In this document: piece after piece, positions 50,411-64,000 of the stretch
How the letters are laid out: each line of letters starts with the position of its first letter
Numbering within the stretch: the stretch's first letter is position 1
NCBI GenBank assembly: GCA_963924565.1
Contig: OZ004612.1
Coordinates: 9,610,001 to 9,674,000, forward strand
Reading direction: 5' to 3'
From: Ascidiella aspersa
Lineage: Eukaryota
DNA length: 64,000 nt
The notes under the pieces: generated by a model
What the model was told of the DNA's origin: nothing
Database searches by the model: none
What the model saw: only the letters and a program-made list of their open reading frames with translations
Program-made: the position numbers and the translations under genes

Positions 50411-53400
50411 TGTGACGTCACAGTATCTGATTACCGCCGCTGGCCTCGCTTGTTTTCGTTCAAAATTGTGGCTGAAAGTTTCATTTTTAGTGTTTTTAGT
50501 GTGCAGTTCGCTGTGCCATCGATCATGATAGTGTCAATTGTCATTGTTCGAACGTGACAGGTAATGTCCCTTTTTCACGTCGCCCCTAAAGCAATGACGT
50601 CATAATATCGGGTTACGGTCACCGACCTCTTGTTTTCGTCGATAGCAGGTTACGCCGCTTAAACACCGTTGGCTGCTGATTTAGATGTTTATCTGTTACA
50701 GTATCCTTATTCGTTTGAAAAGGCGCGACCTTAACGTTTTGAGATACTATCAAGGCGTTTTAACTCTATAACGTCACAGTGTCAGATTACAAGGGTCTGG
50801 TTTTTGACCTTTCCGTGGTTTTGCCAGCGAGCAAGTAAATACAGGCGTCATTGGTGGGGCTTCTTTGTGTTTTGGTCGTTGAGATAATTGAGCCTTTTAT
50901 CCGTTCGTCCTTGTTTACAACTCTTGGCAAGTTTCATTGTCTAGAGTTGTCTGCCAGCGGTTTTTAACTTGTTTTTAACAATTTACCCACCATAAGCTCT
51001 CAAAATAAAAGTGGAAACAGTTGAGCTCGATTTTATTCTTGCGTTATCGTGAGGAAAATTTTTCAGGAGTAAGGCCAGAAAAACAGCGGGTCGGCCAGTT
51101 CGTAGTAGCCCTAATTGCAAAGTGGACACTTAGCTGGTGCGATGGACGATTTTTGAGATAGGGCAGTTAGGATGGTTGTGAGATGTCAGCCTCGAGTGTT
51201 TTCGCCGATAACTGGCCGCAAAACAATTGACAGGAGAAAAGCGAAATTGCACCGCCGAGCACTGGTGGCCTAAAAGATGACGTTTGATGCAGTAGCGACA
51301 TGACACACACACCCGTTTCTCAAGTGTAGTTTGGCAAGTGACTCTTCCCGCTTTTTAGTTTCTCTTTCCCGCTTTTTAGTTTCTTTGATGTTTAATGCAA
51401 ATGGTTTCTTTCACGATATCACGCAATCGCAGTGAATCGTTTTCCAATTGAAGTAGCGGAAACGCTGAACGGTTGGCCCCTGTGTGTACCATGGATGTAA
51501 ATTTACCCGCTTAGAGTGCGAAAGTATTTGCATAAAAGTAAAATTACAGTAACGCTGCCAATTCTTTCGGATCTAGAAGAATTTAATTCACATCTCGCAA
51601 CTCAACCCGTTTAGAAAACTACACCCGCTCGTCGAACTGGAAACTTTTCCATTTTTTTCCGACGTTATGCCATCCAACCTATAGGTCATCAAAAAATGCT
51701 GTGCTTAGTTTGCTTGCGCCGTAAAGCACCCCCAAGCCAAAACGTAAAATGAAAAAAAAAAGAAGTAAAAAATTACCACACCCTACCTCTTCAAAATAAG
51801 AAATGACGATCGTTTGAATTTAATTGCGTCGTAAAAATCAGCCCAAAAGCCAAAACGTGCCCAGAAACAACTGCAAAAGCGTTTTCATTTGTCGAAAGCA
51901 ATGACCTGACCCCAAATTTGCCACCTTGTGAGCAATTCACTTTAGTTGCAATTGGAAGACCCCGTAAAACAAGCTTTGAGCCGTGGTTGAAACAAAGCCT
52001 TGATGCTACAGAGGCCGACGTTTTTTCACTTTGTTATAGTGATTTTTTCCTGTATTCGTTGTACGTTGCCTGTTCATTTTAACATCTGTGGCTCTCAGCC
52101 TTTTTTTCGCGGCAACCCGATTAATATCTAAAATTACCTTAAACACATACTCCTTGCCCGATAAACAGCCATAGATTACTATACGAAAAAGAGCAGCCTT
52201 CCCACCGCTCCCCAATCCACAACAACCTGACACGGCCAGCCGACGCCCATATATGCGCCTGCTACGACAATACGCTCCCTGTGCTTGTGATCGATGCTCC
52301 TGAACTTTGGGCCAAGCCGTTTGTCGCTTCCTGTTTGCCACTTGCTAGCGCGACTGTTTACCGACTCCCGTTCCAACTTGGAGATCTGGCGTGAAAGGCC
52401 TGATCCCGTTCGGAAATCACGTGGAATATTGTGTCTGAAAAGTTTGACGAGAGGTTGTTGTTGCGTTGTTGATTAAATGCCTCAAAATGTCCTGCATGGT
52501 TAAGGCCTTGGAATTATGCTCAAAATCAGGCGGCATTTTGACGAGTTTTGTTGGGTTGTTAAGTACGGAGTTTAATTGTGTTGATTAATTGGACAGTTTT
52601 TATTGCGATTTTTTCAATTTGGGGTTATCAATCAAAGTAAAATGTTTAATGGACACGAGATTCGATTTGCATTTAGATTCAGTTTTATTTTTGTTAGATA
52701 AACGTGAAGAAAAAAAGAACACGAAAATTAGCTTTTGCACAAGGAATGCAAAGCGAGTAAGCGATCTTTCAGAATTCTAGTTAAACTCTTACTTAAACAC
52801 AAATATTTCAGTATTGACATTCAAAAAGATATAACCTAGGAAGCGTTTGAGACAAACAGAAGGAATTTAAGCGATGTCTGTAAAGTAAAGTAATTACACT
52901 TTTGACACTTTGGTCATAAGGTTATGTAACGTAGGTGTAGGTGATATGACAGTTAATTTGACCCTATAATATCGCACCGGGTTTAATGAGATATTTATCA
53001 ACGTCAGTATAAACTATAGCAAGGCGGATGTTTGGCTATATATCATAATTTATCGCGCCGAATATGTAATCACCTTTTCTTATCGATTTGCTACTTCGTT
53101 AAAACCGCGCGTGTTTACAAATAAGGTTTTGTTTGTTTTTTCCGATAAACATCCCGCGTAAGTGGTGGAAATATTTATACTCGCATGTTTAAACTTCTTA
53201 AAAAGCGCAAGCAACTGTTGCCCTTTATTTCCGAGAAATTGTTGATAATGAAATTGCCCTGTCAGCAGTTGAGCGCCATTATGCTTTCTTGTTTATAATG
53301 CGCCGCACTAAACCTACCAGTAGCTTTCTGTATGCGGATAATTGGAGCAAACCAATAAACGATGTTTCTTAAATTAGAACGTGGGGAACGCGTAGCTAAA

Positions 53401-56400
53401 TTTTGCCTGCATGCCTGACTTGCAGAAAACGATTGCGAAACTGAATTGTTTTCCTTTGTTGTTGTTTTTAGCGATTGCCGAATGAGCCTATAAAAATTTG
53501 ACAGTTCGAGTTACAGTCTTGTGTTCTTAACATTCGTCTGTTCTTTAACCATTTCCGTTGGATTAACTTTTCATCGCTTTCGCAAAGTTTATGTTCTTCA
53601 CCTCAGAAGTTATACCCAGTCCTCTCATGCTGCCCGAAATACTCTTCCAACCTGCGTCTTTGCAACCGACCGTGATATTGTTTGGATGCCACCGCGGCCT
53701 AGTATTTGTACGCGATCGTTAATTCGCCGTGAAAGAGTGCAAAGGGTCCCGTGGCCCCGCTTGGCTCGTTTGTCAAAATGTCAGACTGCCGTCTTCTGCT
53801 GTAGTAACAAATGACCGTCGACTGTTACACCACCCACCAAGCCTGCAGCAATCGATGCTTTTTTAATTTAAATCTGGTAAGGAATAAAAATTAACCGCGA
53901 TTAAAGGCCACACTATAATAGTAGCATGGTGCCTGTTGTTAAATCATATTGCTATTAAGTGATTCTAAAGATGAAACAGTCTTTCAAGAAGGTATATAAT
54001 AGTTTTTATTAAGCGAAAACTGTTTGCATAAACTAAGTAGCAAAAATACATACAAAAAATATTCCATTACCTGAAAAAATAACAGCAACCAGGTAACGCT
54101 TGGCGCTCAAAGTATCTTGGATCGTTTTTGCTGCTTTTAAAGCTTTACAAGCTGGGAAGTGTGTCGTCCGAATACGCGTCGCCGCTTTGTCGTAAAACGC
54201 GGTTTGTGCGCTCCGTGATTTTATGGCCGCGCCAAGAAATTCGCGTGGGACTCCGTCTTGGCCATCAGTCTCCGAAATAAAACCACCATTGTCGCCTTTC
54301 GCAAGGTTAAAATGACACTGTAACCACGGGTTATAAAATAATATACGTTTATTTTCTTCTGAAATGTCTTTCTATATAGGCTGGCTAAAAGACAGAAAAA
54401 CGGATTTCGAAAAAACTGGCCTTTCTTAAGTGCTGTTAGTTACGACTTCCCGACTTGGTCAGTTTGACTGACGTTTTCGAAATAAAACCACCATTGCCGC
54501 CTTTCGCAAGGTTAAAATGACACTGTAACCACGGGTTATAAAATAATATACGTTTATTTTCTTCTGAAATGTCTTTCTATATAGGCTGGCTAAAAGACAG
54601 AAAAACGGATTTCGAAAAAACTGGCCTTTCTTAAGTGCTGTTAGTTACGACTTCCCGACTTGGTCAGTTTGACTGACGTTTTCGAAATAAAACCACCATT
54701 GCCGCCTTTCGCAAGGTTAAAATGACACTGTAACCACGGGTTATAAAATAATATACGTTTATTTTCTTCTGAAATGTCTTTCTATATAGGCTGGCTAAAA
54801 GACAGAAAAACGGATTTCGAAAAAACTGGCCTTTCTTAAGTGCTGTTAGTTACGACTTCCCGACTTGGTCAGTTTGACTGACGTTTTCGAAATTAAACGA
54901 CCATCGTCGGCTTTCCCAAGGATAAAGTGGCATTATAAGCACGGGTTATAACATAGTAGGCCTACATGTTTTTTTCTTCTGAAATGCCTTTCTAGGCTGA
55001 GACGGAAAAACGGATTTGGAAAAAGCTAGCCTTTTTTAAGTGCTGTTTGTACGGACTCCTACTCGGTCATCAATTCAACTGACGTCTTGGAAATAAAACG
55101 ACCATTGTTGCTTTTCGCAAGGATAAAGTGGCATTGTAACCACGGGTTATAAAATAATATATGTTTTTTCCTCTGAAATGCCTTTCTAGGCTGCCTAATA
55201 GACTGAAAAACGGATTTCGAAAAAGCTGGCCTTTCTTAAGTGCTGTTAGTTCCGACATCACCACTTGGTCAGTTTGACTGACGTTTCCGAAATAAAACAA
55301 ATATTTTCGCTTTTTGGAAGGATAAAGTGGCATGGTAATCACTGGTTATAAAATAATATATGTTTTTTTGTGAAATGTTTTTCTAGGCTGCCTAAAAGAC
55401 GGAGAAACAGATTTCGAAAATGCTGGCTTTTCTTAAGTGCTCTTTTACCAACTTTGCGAGTTTAAAGACGCCTTCGAGATAAAACAAATATTCTCGCTTT
55501 TTGGTAGGATAAAGTGGCATTGTAACAACCGCCCATAAATTTTTTTTATTTTTCTAAAATGTCGATCTAGACTGGCTGAAAGACAGAAAAAGTTATTTCG
55601 AAAAAGCTGGCTTCTGTAAATGCAGTTAGTGCCGACTTACGGTGGTGTGGTGGTTAACTCCTGTAACGATCACATCCGCGTATTTTAAGACACCTTTCGT
55701 GCTTTAGTGTTTCTTGGTTGTAACATCTTTGCACTATATAGTGACAGTAAATACAACAGTTACCAATCCCTGAAGCGTTTTTAGGTAAGTATCTTGTGTA
55801 CGGCTCGACGCTGCGAAAACCAATTATTTTGTGAAGTTTCAGTTCAATTAAAACGGTTGGAGGGCGAATATGCAGTGCAGTTTTGTGAGGTTAAGTGACA
55901 ATTATACAACTTAGTGCAATTGCTTTTATGACTAAGAGCCAATATTATCCGATATATTTTGCCTTGAAATGCTTTTGGCTGGAATTGTTGGATCGAATAC
56001 AAGTCATTCTAAAGTTATCCTTAATACGAAATAAATCAAAATAACGTGTCTAAAGGAATTGTCAAATCTCACCTACCTCATTTCAGTTTGCTTGCATCCA
56101 TATGTTTTTTAATTATGTCTGCAGAAAACTGCAGGAAAACCCTCGCGGCATTTTTGATGTCGCTTTATGTGGTGCCGATCTCGGCGTTTTACAAGGCAAT
56201 TCTCTTCGCCATTATTGACGGGGAAGTCGTTTCAGAAAATCGGCTGATGTTTTCCGTCCGTGTGTTTGCTGTGGCTATTCCGAGCAAATAGTAGCCTTTT
56301 TCGGTGTTTTGAAGTCGCTGGTCACTGCGCTATTAGGTCATTTTCTGTCTTACACCATAGGAGGAATTACGTCATTTTACAGTTTTTTGTGGCGCTTGTA

Positions 56401-59400
56401 AACACGGCTTCATTTCCAGACGATGACAAGTCTAAGCAATATTCAGTTGAAAATTCAAGTATTACAATTTTGGTTATAGACAGAAAAGAGTAACCCAAAA
56501 TCTAAACGGTCAACGTGGGTTGATTAATATCATTAGACAGACAATTTAAGTATATTGTCCCAGCATTGTTAAATGTGATATGGATAACTGGTTAATGACG
56601 CTATTTTCAATCAGGCGAGCATTTAACTCCGAATCTTAATGCGTCAAATGCAGTAATTACACCCATGAAATCTATTTTTAATGTATTGCGAATGATTGTC
56701 GCTATTTTTTAGTGTGTATCTCCCAGTATCAAATTCTTTTTCATGCGAGACCTTTGTGATAGGTCATACTAAACATTTGTTTCGGCAATTTAAGGTTTAT
56801 ATTTAGAAATTATTTGTTCTTTCTCACTCCACCCACCATAAAATCAATGATCGATTATTCTCGAAAAGGCCACAAAACGCCTCGTCACCTCTCAAACCTT
56901 CCCGTTTCGTGACGGCGCAAAATGGCAATGTGTCCAGTCACAGATAAAAAAACTTTTAAGCGTATTTTTAGGTCAAAGTTTGCTTTAGCGTCCAGAATTT
57001 TGGTTACCTCGAGTTGTTAACCCATTACTTTTTATTGAATTTGTTTTTTAAGTAAAATCGCTGCGTTAGATTTGTATCGGAAGTGTATAGATTCTACAAC
57101 TTGGCATTGGGTATCGTCATCTGATATCATCGGACCTCCCTAGTTCTCGCCATATATTTTAAAGCTGGGGTGGCCTTTTGTAAATCGACTTAGCGCGGAA
57201 AAGCCAAGCGGTCAAAATCAACCGGAATTGCTTCATTTTTAACCGTTTAAATTGCCCTTTTAAGCGCCTAAAGCCAACACTGCGTCTCAGCGTCCGTAAC
57301 CGCAATTGAATTCCCCTGGCCGGCGCTCTATCTCAATTACAAGTGCGTAAACGCCGAGTAGTCGTTCCAAAGACAGGCAAACTACTAAACGTCACTTTCT
57401 CTCGCTCTGGTCTCCGCCAGCTTTCAAGCGCGACCTTACGTGCTTGTGACGTCACACTTGCCTCGTCTCGCCGCTTTTGTGAGATATTGCAGGCCTGCAA
57501 TTCAGTTAGGAGAAAGCCCGCGGCGGCAGCGTTGTGCGTTGTGAAGATTTTCGTTTAGTCACCACGGCGCGAGAAACGTTGCGTGCTGAACTGACATTCC
57601 GCCAAGTTGCGCAATAGAATAGTCAGGCGTTTGAAGGCGATGAGTTGTTTTGTGAAATATACCGATGGGGAAAAGCCAATACGTGCTGTTGAGTTCTTCT
57701 GTAACTGATTATCACCAGATTAGGGTAGATTTGAGAGATTCAGTTTATTACCAGATATTAATGTTACATGCCGTTGTACCGAAGAAGGCCTTAACAGCTC
57801 TGAGATGTACTTGATTGTTTTATGAAGGATTTTCACAACTTTATGTTGTTATTAGCAGTTAAATATTTACTTAAAGTTATATTTTTTATAAAAGTTTATA
57901 AAGCCGATTGGTAGGCTGCGTAACATATGATCTTTTAAATATAGAGTTAGCTCTTTTAAATATAGAGTTATGTGATCTTTAGTTAGATAAAATATGTATC
58001 TACGCGAGGCAATGGACACTGTTGTAAGTGGGATTCTTGTATCGTTTTCACTTAAAATAATAGTGGTTCTTCCGCATTTTGACCCCTGTGAAGAACTTAT
58101 AGGAATTTGTTTGTATATTTTTGAAATTCAATAAACAACGGTACAATGGCCTAATTATTTGCATACAAATTATATCTTAATATTTTAAACTAATAGTCTG
58201 ATTACTACTTTCTTTTTTTAAGCTGTCGAAGTTAGCATTTCATAATTTTGTCAAATTTACCGCCATAAAATTATGCCAATTACCAACTTGTAATAAAATT
58301 CGCTGCGGATGTGCATAATAGCTTTAAACATGGTAGACTGTGGTTTTTATTGTGAAGGGTAGCAATGCATTTCTTATTTATTTTAAACGTAACTCCAAGC
58401 CGGATATTCATGTTTAAGCGCTTTAAGGTTTCATTCGCGCTCAGTCCGCTTCATGCCGTCGTGGTACATCAGAACCAAGTGCGTTTCAATTCGAAAACAA
58501 CCTGATGTCAACAAGAACCGATGTAATGTTCAGCAGTGACGGGGAAAGCGAGAACGATAAGGGTCGCCAAGTTCGTGTTTCGTTTCCCCGGCCACAAATA
58601 TAGGAACGCGATTGGTAACTTTCCGAGCGGATCCGACGAATCAGTGGCCCCTTTGTCGCCGACGCCGCTCCCCGAATTCCTGAGGCCCGCGTCCTGCTGT
58701 AGAACACCGAACGACCCATCTCGTCTATTTCTGTACGCTCGCTCGCACATAAAGTGTCGAGACATTTTTCCATTAATGCGACCGCCCCTCCGCCCAAACA
58801 GCTACGTTCAATGCCTCGCCTTGGCCGTGGAGCGTGTAACCACGGCCGAGATAGCGGAAATACTGTCGACGCGAATGTAAATATGCAATCCTCGGCATGC
58901 CTAAGAGCTTTCCAGTGCTAAAACGGGGTCTTGCGGTGAAAGGAAAAACAAAACACGGCGCCTCGCTCGTTTAGTAAAAGGTTTAACGTTAAAGGAAAAA
59001 GGCACCAGATATTTTTACTGTTAGGTACAGAATAATGTCAAATATAAGAATTGAAATTGTGTGGCAAAGAGTGTGGTACAAGACATTGCATTTGTGCACA
59101 AATAGTCTGGTATAGGCTAGCGTTAAGGCCGTAAGGCAAGCTTTAATTACGCATTTGAGATACTTGCAGATCTAAAGCTCCAGTAAATGTCAGAATTTTA
59201 AAACATCAAATCTGTTGGTTAAGTTATAAATAACAAATGCGCTTGTAGATTTATATACACAAGTTTACTTGTTTTCTGCTGACTTTTGAAACTTAACAAT
59301 CCTATTATGTATATCTTTTAAGTTTGACATGCTGTGATCTTTTGTGTTAACGTGAAAAGCGTTCTGAGACGTTTAGACAAAACGCGCGTCAACGTGAGGA

Positions 59401-60420
59401 TTTGGTAAAACCGTCTGTATACGTCGTTTGCCCCAGGTTGTAAACAGCAAACCAAATCCTGTTCTTAGAGTTCTCTGAAACACGTGCCCATGTCATCGCA
59501 CCGGCTTCGAATTACACCGAATGCGGGCGCACTAAACGGAACAGGGCTAGACTACCCTGGCTGCTAATCAAGTACACTTCGTCACGTGTAGACCCAAAAT
59601 CCGCCGTCTACTTTAACTTTATAGATCGCTGAGTGGATTGTCGCCAGGACAGGGTGCAAATTTTGAAGTGGCTATAAAACCGTTGAAAAGGACCGGGAAG
59701 TTGGCACGAAACAAGGTGGAAGTGGGGGAACCTGTAAATTTGCCCTGGCCAAGTAAAAAACGCAATTTGATTGCGTTTTTGAGACCTTTTTTGTCGTTTC
59801 AAGTGCTAGACCCAGCTTAGCGGCGATATACAGGGTTGCAATGTGTTTCCCTTATGTAGCAAACAGGTGGCAAACAACAAAATTAGGTTGCTTACCATGG
59901 GGTCTCACTTTTACGGCCGGTCGCATTGACGTCAAACAGCGTTAGCATAGTTCTTAAAAGCGTGTATCGTGCTCCGGACGCCGTCGTAAACCCAAAGCCG
60001 CAGTAAAAAGATACAGTATAGTCGGCCGTAAGCAGCATTCCGATGACCGGCTTTTTGCTAATGTTTTTGCAAACAGCAAAATCGACGGATGCGTCATCGC
60101 CGAAAAGCTAATAATCCCCTGGCGACTCTTAATGGCCGACAAAACGAGGGCCGTTCACTGACCGTTGGAATTTCAACATAACCCGTTAAAAATACCGCCT
60201 AAAGGCGAACTGTGGGTTTAGCGCGTCGCTTAGTTTTCCTGTCAGCCTTCTTGCTGCTTACACTGGACACTCGCTTGGCCGACCGACTGCCCCTGCCCCT
60301 GTTGTGTGTTTGTTGCGTAACCGGGCAGTGATGATAAACGCCTTCGTCGTGTCCTGATTCGAAATTCCTCCTGTGCTTGGTGCTTGTCGCTCTCGACCAA
60401 TTATGCCTATGATGACGTCA
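50411..60420. promoter_or_regulatory. Cluster of perfect CRE palindromes (TGACGTCA) in the giant cytospin intron
   Basis: TGACGTCA at 50413, 50595, 57447, 59927 and 60413, each in a GC/CpG-rich patch. Confidence 0.5.
54273..55640. repeat. Tandem array of ~7 units of ~205 bp
   Basis: Units start at about 54273, 54478, 54683, 54888, 55089, 55288 and 55475. The first three are almost identical; later ones diverge progressively. Confidence 0.95.
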
Positions 60421-63400
60421 CGCGCGGTATTTCGACGGTTTCGGTTGTTTTAAAACGTGATTTCAACAGTCTGTTTTAAACCGTAATTTGGGCTTGTTAC
60501 AATGCTGCTTTTTTCGACGGTTACATCGTAAACTGTTATAACTGTTGTACGTAAAGCATACTGAAAGCAACCATAAAGTGGGCCTTTTAAGTCTAAGACA
60601 AGACTATACGATTAAAAAGAAAAGGACAGAGGAATGCTGCACAAGTGCGCATTTTTCGTTCATAATTGGCCTTTTAAACCAGTAAGTTTAATTGTGCAGC
60701 TAAAATAGTGGGATACGGTTACGAACTTACGACAAGGCGATTAAACTGAAATTAACTGCAAAACAAGTAAAAAGCATTGCAGGTTATAGACTTTTGGGTT
60801 ATGGGTTCTTAATTATAGATATTGAATTAAGGTTGCTTGAAAGGGTTAGTGTTGAATGACCTTTGGCGTTTCTCGGTAATATTATTTCGCGTTTCTGCAT
60901 TTTCGCAGTATCGTCGTTTTGCCGTGGTGCACGTTATCAAACGAAATATAGCCTCGATAAGGCCATCGCTTCCATCGGGCCCGACGCCACCATCGCTTTC
61001 GACGTAATGCCACGTCGAACAAATAATCCACCAGTGCACGGAACAGATAGCGATTAGCATATACACCAAGCGGAGATCCCACTTGACTTTAAATGTTTCA
61101 GTGGCGCGTTTGAAGAAGAAGCGGACGCACCACGTTGTCCCTTATAATGGGAAGGAATGTGAGCCCCCTTTCGGCATAATGACACTGGTAATGGAGCGCT
61201 TACGTGGGCGGCCCGAGAGCCGACTAATTCCCTTAGTCCCGTGCTGATCCCCATTCCCGATCATTCCTAGCCAGTATACGTGTGCATTGCGAGGGCGGGT
61301 AACCCTATAGCGCAGGTTTAGGTGGGCGCGCGTGTTTTCGGCTGCATTTTGTGCTTGCAGTGAAATTTGAGCGAATTTTCAGGGTCGGTGAGTGAGATAA
61401 ATCTTGTAGATGTTGTGTGCGAAATGTTGTTTCATCTTCTAGAAACACAATTGTGTATGCCAGAATTGTTGTTAAGAGATAAAAGCTATAATCTTTAAAG
61501 GCAATACAAATATAGTGATGGCCTGGTTATAAACTTAAGAATCCAAATGTCATTGGTTGAAACCAGGACCCAGTATAGGCGATAGCCGTTTAAAAAGTTG
61601 TCACCCAATATAGGTCATATGTGTATCTAAAAGAAAACGTTCAAAAAAAGCTGGATGTCAAACAGGTGGTTCATGAGCTTGAACACAACTTGTGTAAAAA
61701 AACAGCAACGTTTCTTTTTTCCTGTATAGAGTAGAAAAGCGAAACGCTAGGTATGTGCGCCAGCTCGGATTCCGTTTCCGGCTTAAAAAGCGCTAAGTTC
61801 GGCGGCAGATCGGCTCGTACTCCTTTCGTATGCGTCCCCGGCTCTGTATTTAACACTCGTAGCATAACACTCGTAGCAGTGTAAGTGAACGCGCCACGTC
61901 CGGGAATTTGCCCTTCGCTGCTTGTGTCTATTTGCTTAAGGTGTAAGTCGGATCCTTTCGAGCCGTGACACGATCTGAAAAGGCTGTCTGTCGCTTGTGG
62001 AACGCTTATCATAAGGTTTATTGCGCCAAAGGGTGTAACCCGCCGGTCTAGCTTTGTTAGGTCAGTTTTAGTATTAAGATATTTCAGCTTGGTTCGAAAA
62101 AACTTTCTGAAGATATGCGATATGTTTAACTGGGTTAAGAAACAGGCATTTCGCGTTGTAGGTCGACGGTTTAGTGATCAAAGTGACATGATGATTGTTT
62201 ACCTTAAATGAGTTCATGTTTTGCTTGGTATGTTAAAGTGTTTAAAAGGGACATTTCGATACTTCATTGCTCATAAAACAGCTCCACAATGATGAACTTT
62301 GTTGTATGGATACGTATTTATTTGTAAAACGAAAGTTGTGATTTTATGGTCGTATGCGAGTTAAACTGCTTGTGCTGTTGCCTGATATTTGACATGTCTA
62401 AATTGCGATCTTTGACTGTGTAAAAAAAGGAAGTCACATTGTTTTAAGACATATGTTCTTCATTTGGTGACAGCAGCCAGTCATACCTATAGTGCTTGTG
62501 TATGACCACTGCGTTAACAAGTTAATATTAAACTTACTATCAATTGCCTCCATAGCGGTAGTTAGACAGATTCATGGGGTTTGAAGTGTTTTTTAGACAA
62601 TTACATGACTTTAATAATTTTTATAGAAGGAGAACTACAATTTTGTTTAACTTTCTTAGGGTTACCGACACTAGAAATGTTGAGAACCACCAGACCAAGC
62701 TATAACAAGCACAAAACGCCTAAAATTCTCTTAACTTGAGTCATCTGTAATATGGAATGTCAAAACAAAATAATTGTGTTGAAATCAGAAAGCAGAACTT
62801 GTAGCTTGCCCACAGTTCGATTACTACATTATATTTATGAAAAAGATTAAATAAATGTGGGAAAAACAAGTGCACTTGCTCCGGTTCGGTTGGATTCTTG
62901 CGGCATTCCGGTAGGAAATACACCTGAAGCACTACAAGGGGCATAAAGGTCGCTCAGAGGGCGGAGTGTGTTTCCCGTAAGCGTCCCCGCGTATGTTTAA
63001 CACACGAAAGCGCGTGTGTTCGACAAGGTGTAAATCGCGCCGAAGTCGAGACGGGGTCGCGGTGCTTCGGAATGCCTACTCAAAAAAACAGAAAGAAAAT
63101 GCAACTGTCCGTCACCCGACGACAAAAGACGAACTATCGCCTTACACAACAGCCTAGCCATTGTGCGCCTTGTTCGTCGCGACCCGCCAGTTGTCGTAAA
63201 CCAGGCTCCGCGCGCGAACGTTACAATTGTATCTTTTCGAGGCGGCGTTTACCAGTCCGAGCGGTTATCTCCGGTAATAAGCGCCCGCCGACCCGTCGCG
63301 ATACGAGCGGAGATTAGCCGGGCCGCTTATTGACCTGTTCGCCTTCTTTTTGTCGCGCGTTTTGCAGCCGATAGCCGCCGTTTGCGCTTATTGTATGGTG

Positions 63401-64000
63401 AGTCGCGAAACGCCGGCGACAGTCATTTGCTCGCTAACTGGTCAGCAGTTGTGGGACTTATGGTATGATTTTGGAATGTACGGAATGTTTCATTTGTGGT
63501 GCAGCCTTTAGTACAGAGAATAATTAACCATTAGTCAGTTTCGGTCCGCAGGGTTAAGACAGTTTTTGTTACACAGATAAAACAGAGTTTAGTTGACAAA
63601 CGTTAATCGCACACTTAACCATTGTCCTATAATAAGGGTAATTTAAAAAATATTCCACAGCCAACTCATTTTTATGAAACATTTAAGATTCATCTTGTTT
63701 CAGTTTTAGCATGATAGATAGCAGCTAGATCACCATGCGAAGACGATTTGCCATGTGGTTTTGTATTTCTTTGGATCTAACAAGTGTAATCAGTTTAGCT
63801 ATTTTGTAGTGTAGCAAAGTAGTGTTTTTTAGTTACGTGCCAAAAATAAACCCCGGTTTATCGCGGGTTAACCCCTTGAGTTCGCGTTTCCGCCAAACCT
63901 AAAATAGCCGTCCAAATGCCAGCAAAAACAACTTTGCCCGACGCTGCATTCCTGTAGAGTCAATGTAACCTCGCTGCAGCAATGCACACTGTACTGTAGC

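Noticed and set aside
54273-55640. CRISPR-like array
   Set aside because: Units are ~205-bp full repeats without unique spacers; eukaryotic context; no cas genes.
39100-63317. Many 60-140 aa ORFs in the giant intron
   Set aside because: Mostly non-ATG starts, intron-like composition and no coherent splice chain. None resembles the expected next cytospin coiled-coil exon or a transcription-factor domain.
63472-63493. TGGAATGTACGGAA resembling miR-1/206
   Set aside because: No complementary arm nearby to form a precursor hairpin.

Overview
Eukaryotic, AT-rich, intron-containing animal DNA, most likely an ascidian/tunicate. This is an inference from gene compactness, MITE types, CatSper content and an apparent mosaic CpG pattern. 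The left ~21 kb is gene-dense: the 5' part of a UCP5/KMCP1-type mitochondrial carrier (SLC25A14/30-like, -), an intronless acid lipase (-), a multi-exon CATSPERG (+), FBXO48 (-), an intronless VTA1 CDS (+) and an unidentified ORF, with several hAT- and Harbinger-type MITEs. From ~24.6 kb to the end lies the 5' half of a cytospin (SPECC1/SPECC1L) gene with an 11.6-kb intron and a >25-kb intron that runs off the window. These introns are CpG-rich. They carry candidate alternative first exons, a candidate nested antisense gene, a cluster of perfect CRE palindromes and a polarised 205-bp tandem array. The most interesting unexplained signals are: an ~210-nt closed, multi-hairpin, oligo-T-terminated RNA-like element in the lipase/CATSPERG divergent gap; a second ~300-nt closed structure in the cytospin intron; a probable lipase-carrier operon; and a CATSPERG tail with four PKA consensus sites. 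Exon boundaries, folds and homology calls were made by eye and from memory; no searches were run.
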